This document shows positions 9,335-17,074 of a stretch of DNA of 32,073 bases, piece after piece. The DNA lies in the IMG/VR virus record IMGVR_UViG_3300027845_000108, positions 1 through 32,073 of that record. One strand, 5' to 3'. The position numbers and the translations under genes were made by a program. This DNA comes from a virus. Lineage: Duplodnaviria; Caudoviricetes. Every line of letters begins with the position of its first letter. Position 1 is the stretch's first letter. Under the pieces are notes generated by a model. That model saw nothing but the letters and a program-made list of their open reading frames with translations, was not told the DNA's origin and did not search any database.

Positions 9335-11089
9335 TTAAACTTCAGGTGGTACTTCTACCGCATCTGTCAGCGCTTGAGCGTTCTGTGCAGCTTGCATTGT
9401 TCTGTTCAGTTCCAGTTGTTCGGACACAGACCCAAACGGTACAAACAATTCCATGTTCTCGAAGTTCAACGCATCGGCCCAAGCCTTTGCCCGTAGCTTT
9501 GGAGGGAAGTGTACCTTCATCTCTGGATCGTTAGCCAGTACCAAACTGAACTGCTGTAGTTCCTGTACCAGTTGGGCACGTTTAGCAAAGTGAGATGCAC
9601 CACGGGCTTTCAACTTACCACGGGCAGTGAGGTCTTCTTTGGTGATGGTCAAGAACTCAATCACACCATCATCATCATCAATCACCTTGGCTACGTCTGC
9701 ACTGGACAGGTTCTTTACTGCCACTTCCAACTCACCGTTCAATATTGGTTCAATGATTTCACGTTCGAAATCTTCAATCTTTACTTGGAACAAACGACCA
9801 GCAGCGTTCTGTAGTTGTTGGATTTCAAACGCAGTCTTCTCACCTGCTGTGCGAATACCCATAGCTTCTCGTGGAGCACCAGCAAAGGCTTCCATCTGTG
9901 CTTCTTTAATTTGGATCTGAAGGTCAGCCTGTAGTACGGTGGCATCAGGAGCAAGGTTAGATACACTTCCTTGCCCATCGTCAATGTAGTAGTTGGTTAC
10001 AGGGCCGTTCTCTTCGATCTGTACGTTACCTACGTGGACACGATCAGGGAATAGCATCTGGTCAAACGCATCAGCACGAGCGTTCTCAAGGTGGTTGATA
10101 AGGTATTGCATACCAACCAAGTTGTCCAGTGGCCCTTGGCCCCACAGATTGTCAGGACGCTTTCTCCACGAACTGTGGTAGATCTTACCGAACCCTTGGA
10201 AGTCATCTTGTCCTTGATTACGGACAACAAACTTCCTATCAGCTACGGTAATCAATCGGTCTTTCATCAACGTGTTAGTTGAACTATCCCAGATGTCACC
10301 AATGAACTCAATCAACTCTACCTTTCCAGAGCGAAGATATGCAGCGTAGCTGTCAAATCCATCCATACGCTGTTGGTTATGTTTGTTGATGTCGATGTCT
10401 GTGTACCCGGACATAGAGGTGTAGTAGTTCAACACATCCTCTACTCGCTCCATATCAAAGCCAGCATCAGGACGTTCCAGCACGTACCGGGCAAAGTCAC
10501 CACGACTAATCAATCTACGGAACATCTTGGGAGACTTCTGAAAACTCTCAGCAGTGAAGTCAAACACAATGTCGTAAGGAGAAATACGGTTGACTCGTGG
10601 GCCTTCGTAGACCACCACTTCTTCACCTGTCGATTGATCGTAAGCAGTTTCTCGTACATACTCTACGTGAGCAAAGCAGTTACCAGTCTGCACCCAATCG
10701 TTCAACAACTGCTTCATGGTGTCGTTAAACCCAGAGTAGTCATGCTTGGTACGCAGGTAGTTGACGATAGCTTGACGCTTTTTGGCCGTGGCTTCGTCAG
10801 GTGTAGCTGGATCAAACGTAAAGAACTCACGCTTGCTGAACAACGCACTGGCATAGTTGGCACCAAGGTTGTCGTGGATCTGTGTGATCTTTGGAATGTG
10901 AGTAGAGTGTGACCACTCGTTCTCTACGTTAGCTGTCTCACGAGTAGATGTAGCGTACACGTACTGTATCACTTCTCCAACACGTTTCTTCCACACCTGT
11001 TTACCGGCATCCCAAGATTCAAACCGTTGAGCAATATCTTCTGCTACCCAGTCTGATTGATAACCGTTAATCTCTACTGATCCACTCAT
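9335..11089 (-). CDS. Portal (head-tail connector) protein
   Basis: 584 aa after TerL; RISPYDIVFD, WRKRPDNLWGQGPL and GIRTAGEKTAFE are podovirus portal-type motifs. Confidence 0.88.
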   Translation of the reverse strand: MSGSVEINGYQSDWVAEDIAQRFESWDAGKQVWKKRVGEVIQYVYATSTRETANVENEWSHSTHIPKITQIHDNLGANYASALFSKREFFTFDPATPDEATAKKRQAIVNYLRTKHDYSGFNDTMKQLLNDWVQTGNCFAHVEYVRETAYDQSTGEEVVVYEGPRVNRISPYDIVFDFTAESFQKSPKMFRRLISRGDFARYVLERPDAGFDMERVEDVLNYYTSMSGYTDIDINKHNQQRMDGFDSYAAYLRSGKVELIEFIGDIWDSSTNTLMKDRLITVADRKFVVRNQGQDDFQGFGKIYHSSWRKRPDNLWGQGPLDNLVGMQYLINHLENARADAFDQMLFPDRVHVGNVQIEENGPVTNYYIDDGQGSVSNLAPDATVLQADLQIQIKEAQMEAFAGAPREAMGIRTAGEKTAFEIQQLQNAAGRLFQVKIEDFEREIIEPILNGELEVAVKNLSSADVAKVIDDDDGVIEFLTITKEDLTARGKLKARGASHFAKRAQLVQELQQFSLVLANDPEMKVHFPPKLRAKAWADALNFENMELFVPFGSVSEQLELNRTMQAAQNAQALTDAVEVPPEV

Positions 11090-12618
11090 CGTCTGCGTCC
11101 ACCGAACCGTTCATGTGTAATAATGTTCTCACCCCTACGTACAAACCCGTGTTGACGGGCAGAGGGAGGCTTGCTAATCTCTACTGCTGCTGCTACGGCA
11201 TCTTTCAAGTCATCATGTGATGGGCGTTCAAGAATCAACTGCTCTTCGTAGATGCTCATGTACCCGCCTCGGTAGTGCCAGATTGATCCTGACTCGTACC
11301 GTGGTTCAAGAATAGCAGCAACCCGTTCAACCTTTTCACCCCGGCTTTGTTTACCTTCTACAACAAGCGGGATACCTTCCTTTCTAAACTGATCTTTGAT
11401 GTACTCAATGATTACACTGGCACCAGCGTTTGATTCAATCCGTACCTTTTTAAATCTCCACTTCTCCCACAACCTTTCAAGGGCCATGTAGTAATCGTGG
11501 TACTTAGAAGTTTTGAATTGATCTAACTCCAACAGGTAGATATACCCATCACTATCCACCCCAACAACAGCGTAAGCTGTAAAGTCAGAGGTAGCTGCTG
11601 TAGTGTATGCCAAGTCACCAGCACAGAAAATTGCCAAAGGCTTACTGTTAAAATACCACGTATCGTTATCAAATGTCAAGTGTTTTCTGTCGTAGTATTG
11701 GAACTTGTCTCCGTCTACCCGTTCGCTTTCTGGGTCGTTTGGGTTGTTGTAATACTGTGCGTAATACTGTGCCCGTTCACCAGCCCGAATGTACTTAGCC
11801 CGGATCTTACTCAACTCTTTGTTGTCAAACCCGTACCACTTACCTGTGGTTGGACAGATCTCACGGGGCCACAAGAAAGATCCGTTCTCTTCTACCTCAC
11901 GAACAAAACTGTCGTATAGTGGCCGGGTGTCTACGATCTGCCCTTCATCATCAAACACTTCGTAGTTCATAGTGAGTAGCATGTTGTAGATGTCGTCACC
12001 GTGGTAACGAGTACCTGCTACTTTTGTGATCGCCCCTGTGTTTGCAATCGAACTAAATTGCGAATAAGACGCTTGTACCTTTTGGCGGCCCTCTTTAGTA
12101 TACGCATTTGTTGGCACCACGATGTCATCGAAAACAAGAACGTCACAGTGAAGACCAGTAGTATTACTGCCAACCGAACGTGCAGCAACAGTGCGGTCGC
12201 GTACCCCACGCTCTTTCCTAAGCGGATGATCGACTTTAATATTCCGAGCACTCCACTCTTCCCTTTTGGCTTCTTCAGGAACAATCATATCAGGCCAGTA
12301 CCGGGTGTACACAGGAGATTCAAGGATTGACTTGATGGCATACAACTGCGAGATTGCCAAGTCTTCTGTGGCCGATACGTACAGAATGGTTGTGTCTGGG
12401 TGTTTAGTAATCCACCAAGCACACCACACAGCGATCAAGTGGGACTTCATGTGAGATCGTGGCAACAACAACAGTTGATCTGTTGAAGCGTTGGGATCTG
12501 ACAACCACCGCATTACTTCGTAGTGCACCTCTCCGTACAAACGTGACGGGTTGACGAGCTTTGCAAACACCACAAAGTCGTCCTCTGCCATCTTTTTAAT
12601 TTGTTCTTTAGTCGCCAT
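11086..12618 (-). CDS. terL: Terminase large subunit
   Basis: Walker A-like LLLLPRSHMKS, TGLHCDVLVFDD Walker B, GTRYH motif III, nuclease GDLAY and HDDLKDA. Confidence 0.92.
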   Translation of the reverse strand: MATKEQIKKMAEDDFVVFAKLVNPSRLYGEVHYEVMRWLSDPNASTDQLLLLPRSHMKSHLIAVWCAWWITKHPDTTILYVSATEDLAISQLYAIKSILESPVYTRYWPDMIVPEEAKREEWSARNIKVDHPLRKERGVRDRTVAARSVGSNTTGLHCDVLVFDDIVVPTNAYTKEGRQKVQASYSQFSSIANTGAITKVAGTRYHGDDIYNMLLTMNYEVFDDEGQIVDTRPLYDSFVREVEENGSFLWPREICPTTGKWYGFDNKELSKIRAKYIRAGERAQYYAQYYNNPNDPESERVDGDKFQYYDRKHLTFDNDTWYFNSKPLAIFCAGDLAYTTAATSDFTAYAVVGVDSDGYIYLLELDQFKTSKYHDYYMALERLWEKWRFKKVRIESNAGASVIIEYIKDQFRKEGIPLVVEGKQSRGEKVERVAAILEPRYESGSIWHYRGGYMSIYEEQLILERPSHDDLKDAVAAAVEISKPPSARQHGFVRRGENIITHERFGGRRR

Positions 12619-12638
12619 ATAAGAGGTATTGTATCACG

Positions 12639-13205
12639 TTACTTGGTTCGTGTCAACGGTGTGATACGAGCAAGGTCACTTGCAACATCATCCTCTTGTT
12701 TGGTTTGTTCTTTTGTCTTGGCCGTAGAAGTCTTCTGACGAGGTTTCTTTGGCTCGTGACTGAAGTAGTCAAGCAACATCTTAGAAGCTGTTGTGCTTCC
12801 TTGTCCACCCTCCAGAACTGTACGCTCAAGAGAACTACGGATGGTAGCTTTAATCATCATGTCTTGTTCAGCCTCCCACATGGAAAACTTCTCTTTAAAC
12901 CATTTCAAACCTTTAAGCATTTCCCACTGACGGATGTTACCTACGATCTTACGCATGGCATCGTACTCGTTTTCAGCATAGATGTAGCACATCCAAGCAG
13001 AGGGTATCCACCGTTGAGTTACCTCACACCACTGCTCGGTCTCAGACAGAGACCACTTGACTTCATCTTCTGATCCTTTTGGACAGGTCTCAAGGAATAA
13101 AGATACGGTACGGAACCTAAGGTTACTCTCTGCGTGAATTCCTGATCGTGGAAGGTGAGGAAATTCTTTGTAATTAAAAACTACAGGGTTGTCCTTGTTG
13201 TGCAT
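12639..13205 (-). CDS. Putative terminase small subunit
   Basis: 188 aa immediately upstream of TerL, helical with a basic C-terminal region; call rests on position. Confidence 0.55.
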   Translation of the reverse strand: MHNKDNPVVFNYKEFPHLPRSGIHAESNLRFRTVSLFLETCPKGSEDEVKWSLSETEQWCEVTQRWIPSAWMCYIYAENEYDAMRKIVGNIRQWEMLKGLKWFKEKFSMWEAEQDMMIKATIRSSLERTVLEGGQGSTTASKMLLDYFSHEPKKPRQKTSTAKTKEQTKQEDDVASDLARITPLTRTK

Positions 13206-13208
13206 AAT

Positions 13209-13457
13209 TTACACCAATCCTAATTGTTTTGCAATGAATGTTATAAGAGTACCAACAAACACAAAGCCGCCCTTTTCCAACACTTGCATACCAAACGAGT
13301 TTTGTTTAGTCACAAGAGTAGTCTCTAAGATAGTCAAACGTCTATCAAAGTCAGCTTGTTTTGTTTCAGTCTGGTCAGCCCTCCACACAAGACGATCAAT
13401 CTTTTCGTCAATATGTTTAAGCAAGACTGCTATCTGTTCGTTGGTTACGTGTTCCAT
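13209..13457 (-). CDS. Small coiled-coil protein with C-terminal membrane segment (lysis-associated/holin-like)
   Basis: Heptad-like N-terminus, hydrophobic GGFVFVGTLITFIA tail. Confidence 0.5.
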   Translation of the reverse strand: MEHVTNEQIAVLLKHIDEKIDRLVWRADQTETKQADFDRRLTILETTLVTKQNSFGMQVLEKGGFVFVGTLITFIAKQLGLV

Positions 13458-13468
13458 ACATACTTTTA

Positions 13469-13550
13469 TTAGATGTTGTCAATTCCAAGCCGCAAGGCTG
13501 TCTGCGAACTTGGTGAACTCAGAGAGCCAGAAGTTTTTGGAGAGTTGCAT
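13469..13550 (-). pseudogene. Frameshifted, truncated peptidase M15-type endolysin start (remnant 2)
   Basis: ATG at 13550 gives MQLSKNFWLSEFTK. Removing one T continues SQTALRLGIDNI*, the typical N-terminus of M15 peptidases. Confidence 0.7.
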
Positions 13551-13559
13551 ACTTAACCT

Positions 13560-13628
13560 TTATAACTTAGAACAACACCGCAACTCGGCTTCTGAAAAAT
13601 ACTGAATGGCGGCGGTGATTGGTTGCAT
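13560..13628 (-). pseudogene. Truncated peptidase M15-like endolysin start (remnant 1)
   Basis: MQPITAAIQYFSEAELRCCSKL*; YFSxxELxC resembles M15A N-termini; stops after 22 codons. Confidence 0.5.
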
Positions 13629-13637
13629 TTTAAAACC

Positions 13638-13994
13638 TTAAATCGCTTGCAACATGAAATTAAAATTCATGTCTGCCAATGCACCCGCAGGATTTGTAAA
13701 ATAAATTTCAAACGAATTGGTTGAAAGAGCCATGCCTGAGCAATAACCCGTTCCAGGTGCGCCAGAAGGTGTCGCTGTTACTGCATAGGTATTTGCAAGC
13801 AACCCCAAGTTGTGCCGTGCCCGGAAAGATTTTCTACGTGCAGGGTCACTTTTCTTAATTGTCATGTTGGCATCACCAAACCTGACGATTTTTTCTTTAC
13901 CACCTTCACACGCTTTTACCACAGATTTCTTACCACCACTTTTCTGTGCTCTTGGTTTGTTGCAAGGCATCTTGGATTTTTCAATCTTAGCCAT
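13638..13994 (-). CDS. Chimeric ORF: small basic phage protein N-terminus fused to a tail-fibre-like C-terminal fragment
   Basis: Lys/Arg-rich KIVRFGDANMTIKKSDPARRKSFRARHN switches abruptly at ~13808 to uncharged LGLLANTYAVTATP...TNSFEIYFTNPAGALADMNFNFMLQAI. Confidence 0.6.
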   Translation of the reverse strand: MAKIEKSKMPCNKPRAQKSGGKKSVVKACEGGKEKIVRFGDANMTIKKSDPARRKSFRARHNLGLLANTYAVTATPSGAPGTGYCSGMALSTNSFEIYFTNPAGALADMNFNFMLQAI

Positions 13995-13999
13995 AGATG

Positions 14000-14500
14000 T
14001 TACTTCCCTTTTGATTGTGTAATCTTCAATGCTTGATCTTTTTCAAGGTATTCAATAGCCCTTTTAAGAAGATCAACATTGTCTTTTAATTTACCAATCC
14101 CAGTGTTGCAGGCTTGACAAAGAAGTCCTCTTATTTTTCCTGTAACGTGACAATGATCGACTGCAAAACGGTACCCTGTAGAGCAGTATGTTTGTCTGCA
14201 AATAGCACAACAACCTTCTTGAGAAGTAAGCATTTGTTCGTAATCTTGTTCAGAAAGGTTAAACTTCCTTTTAAGGTTGTATTTGTAATAGCTATTCTTT
14301 ACTTTAGATGGGTTTTGTTTTTTCCACTCTTTATCTTTTTCATCCTTTTTATCTTTATTGTTTTTTCTCCAAGCTGTATTTGCAACGGAGTCGCACTCTT
14401 TACAGACAGCCCTATGTCCTCGTTTGGCTGTTGAACTTCTTTTAAAAGATTCTGTAGGCTTAGAAACATCGCAAGATTGACAGGTAAAACTATTCAACAC
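14000..14500 (-). CDS. Endonuclease VII-like HNH endonuclease (probable free-standing homing endonuclease)
   Basis: N-terminal CxxC...CxxC, then CAIC...VDHCHVTGKIRGLLCQACNTGIG; GTG start with GGGAGG RBS; visibly more AT-rich than its neighbours. Confidence 0.88.
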   Translation of the reverse strand: MLNSFTCQSCDVSKPTESFKRSSTAKRGHRAVCKECDSVANTAWRKNNKDKKDEKDKEWKKQNPSKVKNSYYKYNLKRKFNLSEQDYEQMLTSQEGCCAICRQTYCSTGYRFAVDHCHVTGKIRGLLCQACNTGIGKLKDNVDLLKRAIEYLEKDQALKITQSKGK

Positions 14501-14867
14501 CTATCCTCCCCTTAATTGTTTTTAATCCAGCCTGTTTAAAAAACCAACGTAGACCGAATGAAGCAGCCATGATACCAAACATACCAATCTGATACCAGAA
14601 AGGGAGTTCACCTACGAACACTACCCACTCAAGAGCGTCTTGTGGATAGAACCAAGCAACAACCAACGGAGCAAACCAGATGATTGTAATGAGTTCATCT
14701 TTCCAACTGTACTGTGCTTGACGGATAGCTTCAAGATCCCAGTCAGCTTCGCTTTGTGCTTGACGCATCAGGTGAGCTTTCTCTGCTTCAACACGAGCTT
14801 TCTTGAGGTCTACCCAACTGCCAAACACAGTAGAGATTGCAGTGGTAAAGATTGTCCAAGGGTTCAC
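14490..14867 (-). CDS. Holin-like membrane protein (3TM type)
   Basis: SWKDELITIIWFAPLVVAW...LPFWYQIGMFGIMAASFGLR with a basic tail. Confidence 0.7.
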   Translation of the reverse strand: MNPWTIFTTAISTVFGSWVDLKKARVEAEKAHLMRQAQSEADWDLEAIRQAQYSWKDELITIIWFAPLVVAWFYPQDALEWVVFVGELPFWYQIGMFGIMAASFGLRWFFKQAGLKTIKGRIGVE

Positions 14868-15367
14868 CTAAAAAAACCTCCAACACCTTTGCTGTTGTTC
14901 TTTACTGCTTGTTTGTAATTCTTGTTTCCAGTCTTGTTCATTTTGGAATCAACTTTCTTTTTACCGTCAGTCATCTTCTTCTTGTACTCAACACCTTCGT
15001 TGATTCGTTTTCCGATTGCTACTCCTGTAGTAGCTGCACCAGTAACCAGATTTGCCCTACCAATAAGACGACTTGCAGCCCTAATACCAGCCAACTTCTG
15101 AGTGTCTCTGGCCCCAACAGGAAGGGAAGATTTCTCTCCTGACTTGAGTGCTTTTTTAACACGACTAAAATCCTTTTTAACTTCGCTTTTTACATTCTCA
15201 TTTAATGCAGGAGTAAGACGAAAAGCGTTGGTTGTTCCTTTCTTGGTCATAGGCGCACCACGATCTTTTGGAACTGCACTTGCTTGTTCTACAACCAGCA
15301 TTGCATTTCTTTTATTGCCGAACTGCCCTTTAGCCGGACTGGTTTTTGCATTAGATTTAGTTTTCAT
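14864..15367 (-). CDS. Highly basic hypothetical protein
   Basis: 167 aa, very Lys-rich, with one Gly/Ala/Thr segment; translationally coupled to the holin-like gene. Confidence 0.6.
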   Translation of the reverse strand: MKTKSNAKTSPAKGQFGNKRNAMLVVEQASAVPKDRGAPMTKKGTTNAFRLTPALNENVKSEVKKDFSRVKKALKSGEKSSLPVGARDTQKLAGIRAASRLIGRANLVTGAATTGVAIGKRINEGVEYKKKMTDGKKKVDSKMNKTGNKNYKQAVKNNSKGVGGFFR

Positions 15368-15375
15368 TTTTTTAT

Positions 15376-15579
15376 CTATTTCTCCGTAATGGATTGAGTT
15401 GTTACAACACGAAGCAGGGCAGATACAACACCTACTCCAACAGTAAACAGACCAAAGTGTTCATTACCTACGTACTGTTCAAACAGACTGAGGTTCTGTT
15501 CTACAACACCAACAGTAACCACAGCTACACTGAACCACATGGTCTTTGACTTGGCTGCTTTGACAAGGTAAGTTAACAT
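15376..15579 (-). CDS. Small two-TM holin-like protein
   Basis: KSKTMWF followed by two hydrophobic helices, ending LRVVTTQSI. Confidence 0.6.
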   Translation of the reverse strand: MLTYLVKAAKSKTMWFSVAVVTVGVVEQNLSLFEQYVGNEHFGLFTVGVGVVSALLRVVTTQSITEK

Positions 15580-15719
15580 TATTTCTTCATTCCTTTCTTT
15601 TTACGCTTTGCAGTTGACAGGGAGATAGCTACTGCTTGTTTCTGTGGATACCCTTCACCCATCAACTTCTTTACGTTGGATGAAACAGTTTTGTTGGACT
15701 TTCCTTTCTTCAGTGGCAT
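15579..15719 (-). CDS. 46-aa basic protein missed by the ORF track
   Basis: MPLKKGKSNKTVSSNVKKLMGEGYPQKQAVAISLSTAKRKKKGMKK*; TAATG overlap with the next gene; the MPLKKG...PQKQAVAI pattern is a common small phage protein family. Confidence 0.8.
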   Translation of the reverse strand: MPLKKGKSNKTVSSNVKKLMGEGYPQKQAVAISLSTAKRKKKGMKK

Positions 15720-15726
15720 GATGTTA

Positions 15727-16002
15727 TTAAGCGTCCATGACTTCTAATACAGCAACAGAAACAGCGTTTCCATTCTTAATTGAATTAACACCTTCACCAA
15801 TCCACAACACTTGTCCAGCAGGTAGTATTGCCTCTACACCTGCTCCGTTAATTTGATATTCAAAAGCCGAGTTAGTCCGTACACCAGCAATGTTGGTTGT
15901 ATCTAAAGAGGCTCCTACAGCAAGACTGACTACCCTGTTAGGAGCAAACCAACTTTGATGTTGTGCACCAGCAGGAAGGTTTCTGATAAGTTTGTTAGGC
16001 AT
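15727..16002 (-). CDS. Hypothetical protein, first gene of the late arm
   Basis: 91 aa, beta-like, with a purine-rich RBS region. Confidence 0.65.
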   Translation of the reverse strand: MPNKLIRNLPAGAQHQSWFAPNRVVSLAVGASLDTTNIAGVRTNSAFEYQINGAGVEAILPAGQVLWIGEGVNSIKNGNAVSVAVLEVMDA

Positions 16003-16465
16003 AGTGTGTTCTCTCTTTGTGTGTGTAAGTTATTTTTTTTAATGTATGTTATTATTATTATTTTTAGATATTATTACCCCACGTCAGCTTCCTTGATGAA
16101 CTCTCCCATTATCCTTTATCTGTTCTACTCCGTGTTCCGAGTAACCAGTTCCGAGTAACGAGTACCACAAGTAACCTTTATCTATTGTCCTGTATCAAGC
16201 TATCCATTCAAATAAGGAGGATCAACCCTAACTACTTTTCATCTGAGGTGCCTTGGCTGTTTGTCAGACAAAGTACGAAGTGGCTGTTTGTTCAGACACT
16301 TACTCTCAGAATTCTCATGTCCCTTACAAGACTTCCGAGTTGTTTGTCATCCAATACGCACAAGCTGTTAAATCTGTTCTGCTTGTTTATCCCCGTGGGG
16401 TTCAGGTCGGACAAGAGGGAAGAGGTGTCTCGTCATTTAGCAAGCGTTCTCTCCCACTCCCTTTA

Positions 16466-16494
16466 AGTATACCAGAGTTGAACCTATGTGTCAA
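16466..16494 (-). promoter_or_regulatory. Sigma70 promoter for the leftward (late/structural) arm
   Basis: TTGACA (16494-16489), 17 bp, TATACT (16471-16466), with extended -10 TG. Confidence 0.85.
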
Positions 16495-16803
16495 GAGGTA
16501 ACTCAAAAATAATTTGAGTACCGATCGCATCGAAGATGCTCAAAGAGGTTTGGAAGAAAAAATTGGTGAGATATTTTTCTTGGGTCAGAACAGAACAGAA
16601 CCCACCCCCATATCCCCCCTTATCCCCTACCACAAATCTTTCCCCGTGTACAGAAATAAAAAACTATTTGTCCAATAGGTAACAGTTATCAGACAATACT
16701 TGTTGTCAGATTGAATGTGACACTGCATCGTGTCAGATTGATTTGATAGGTAAATGGGGACAGACAACACCAACCTTGTTAACACTTGTAAACAAGCCAC
16801 TCT

Positions 16804-16819
16804 TGGCACGATACTTGCT
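16804..16819 (+). promoter_or_regulatory. Sigma54 -24/-12 box
   Basis: TGGCACGATACTTGCT, GG-N10-GC, full consensus. Confidence 0.7.
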
Positions 16820-16880
16820 TTCGTTAACAGTTGTTAACATCCAATCCTAGCAGGTTGCTGGCACCACTGACGTGCTCGCA

Positions 16881-16896
16881 TGGCACGATTCTTGCC
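16881..16896 (+). promoter_or_regulatory. Sigma54 -24/-12 box
   Basis: TGGCACGATTCTTGCC, GG-N10-GC. Confidence 0.65.
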
Positions 16897-16899
16897 TAT

Positions 16900-16915
16900 A
16901 GCACAAACCATGCCA
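16900..16915 (-). promoter_or_regulatory. Sigma54 -24/-12 box facing the previous one
   Basis: Minus strand TGGCATGGTTTGTGCT, GG-N10-GC. Confidence 0.5.
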
Positions 16916-16926
16916 ACCCAATTCTA

Positions 16927-16942
16927 CTGTGTTTTTGTACAG
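16927..16942. promoter_or_regulatory. LexA SOS box
   Basis: taCTGTgtttttgtACAGcg = CTGT-N8-ACAG. Confidence 0.55.
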
Positions 16943-17026
16943 CGTCCTAAAACGCGTCAAAACGCTCTGTGCTGCGTTTTTGGCCCTAGGGGTCACTCAG
17001 GTATTAAAAAATAAAATCGTGAGATC

Positions 17027-17046
17027 CACTGTATAAACGTACAGTG
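17027..17046. promoter_or_regulatory. LexA SOS box
   Basis: caCTGTataaacgtACAGtg, close to the gamma/beta-proteobacterial consensus. Confidence 0.7.
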
Positions 17047-17058
17047 TTTTCAATTTTC

Positions 17059-17074
17059 TGGCACGGTTTTTGCT
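17059..17074 (+). promoter_or_regulatory. Sigma54 -24/-12 box
   Basis: TGGCACGGTTTTTGCT, full consensus. Confidence 0.7.

Noticed and set aside
11058-11072. Partial palindrome TGATAACCGTTAatc at the portal 5' end
   Set aside because: Right arm broken (last three positions mismatch); could be chance, not counted.
16859-16876. Fifth sigma54-like box TGGCACCACTGACGTGCT
   Set aside because: GG to GC spacing is 12 rather than the required 10.
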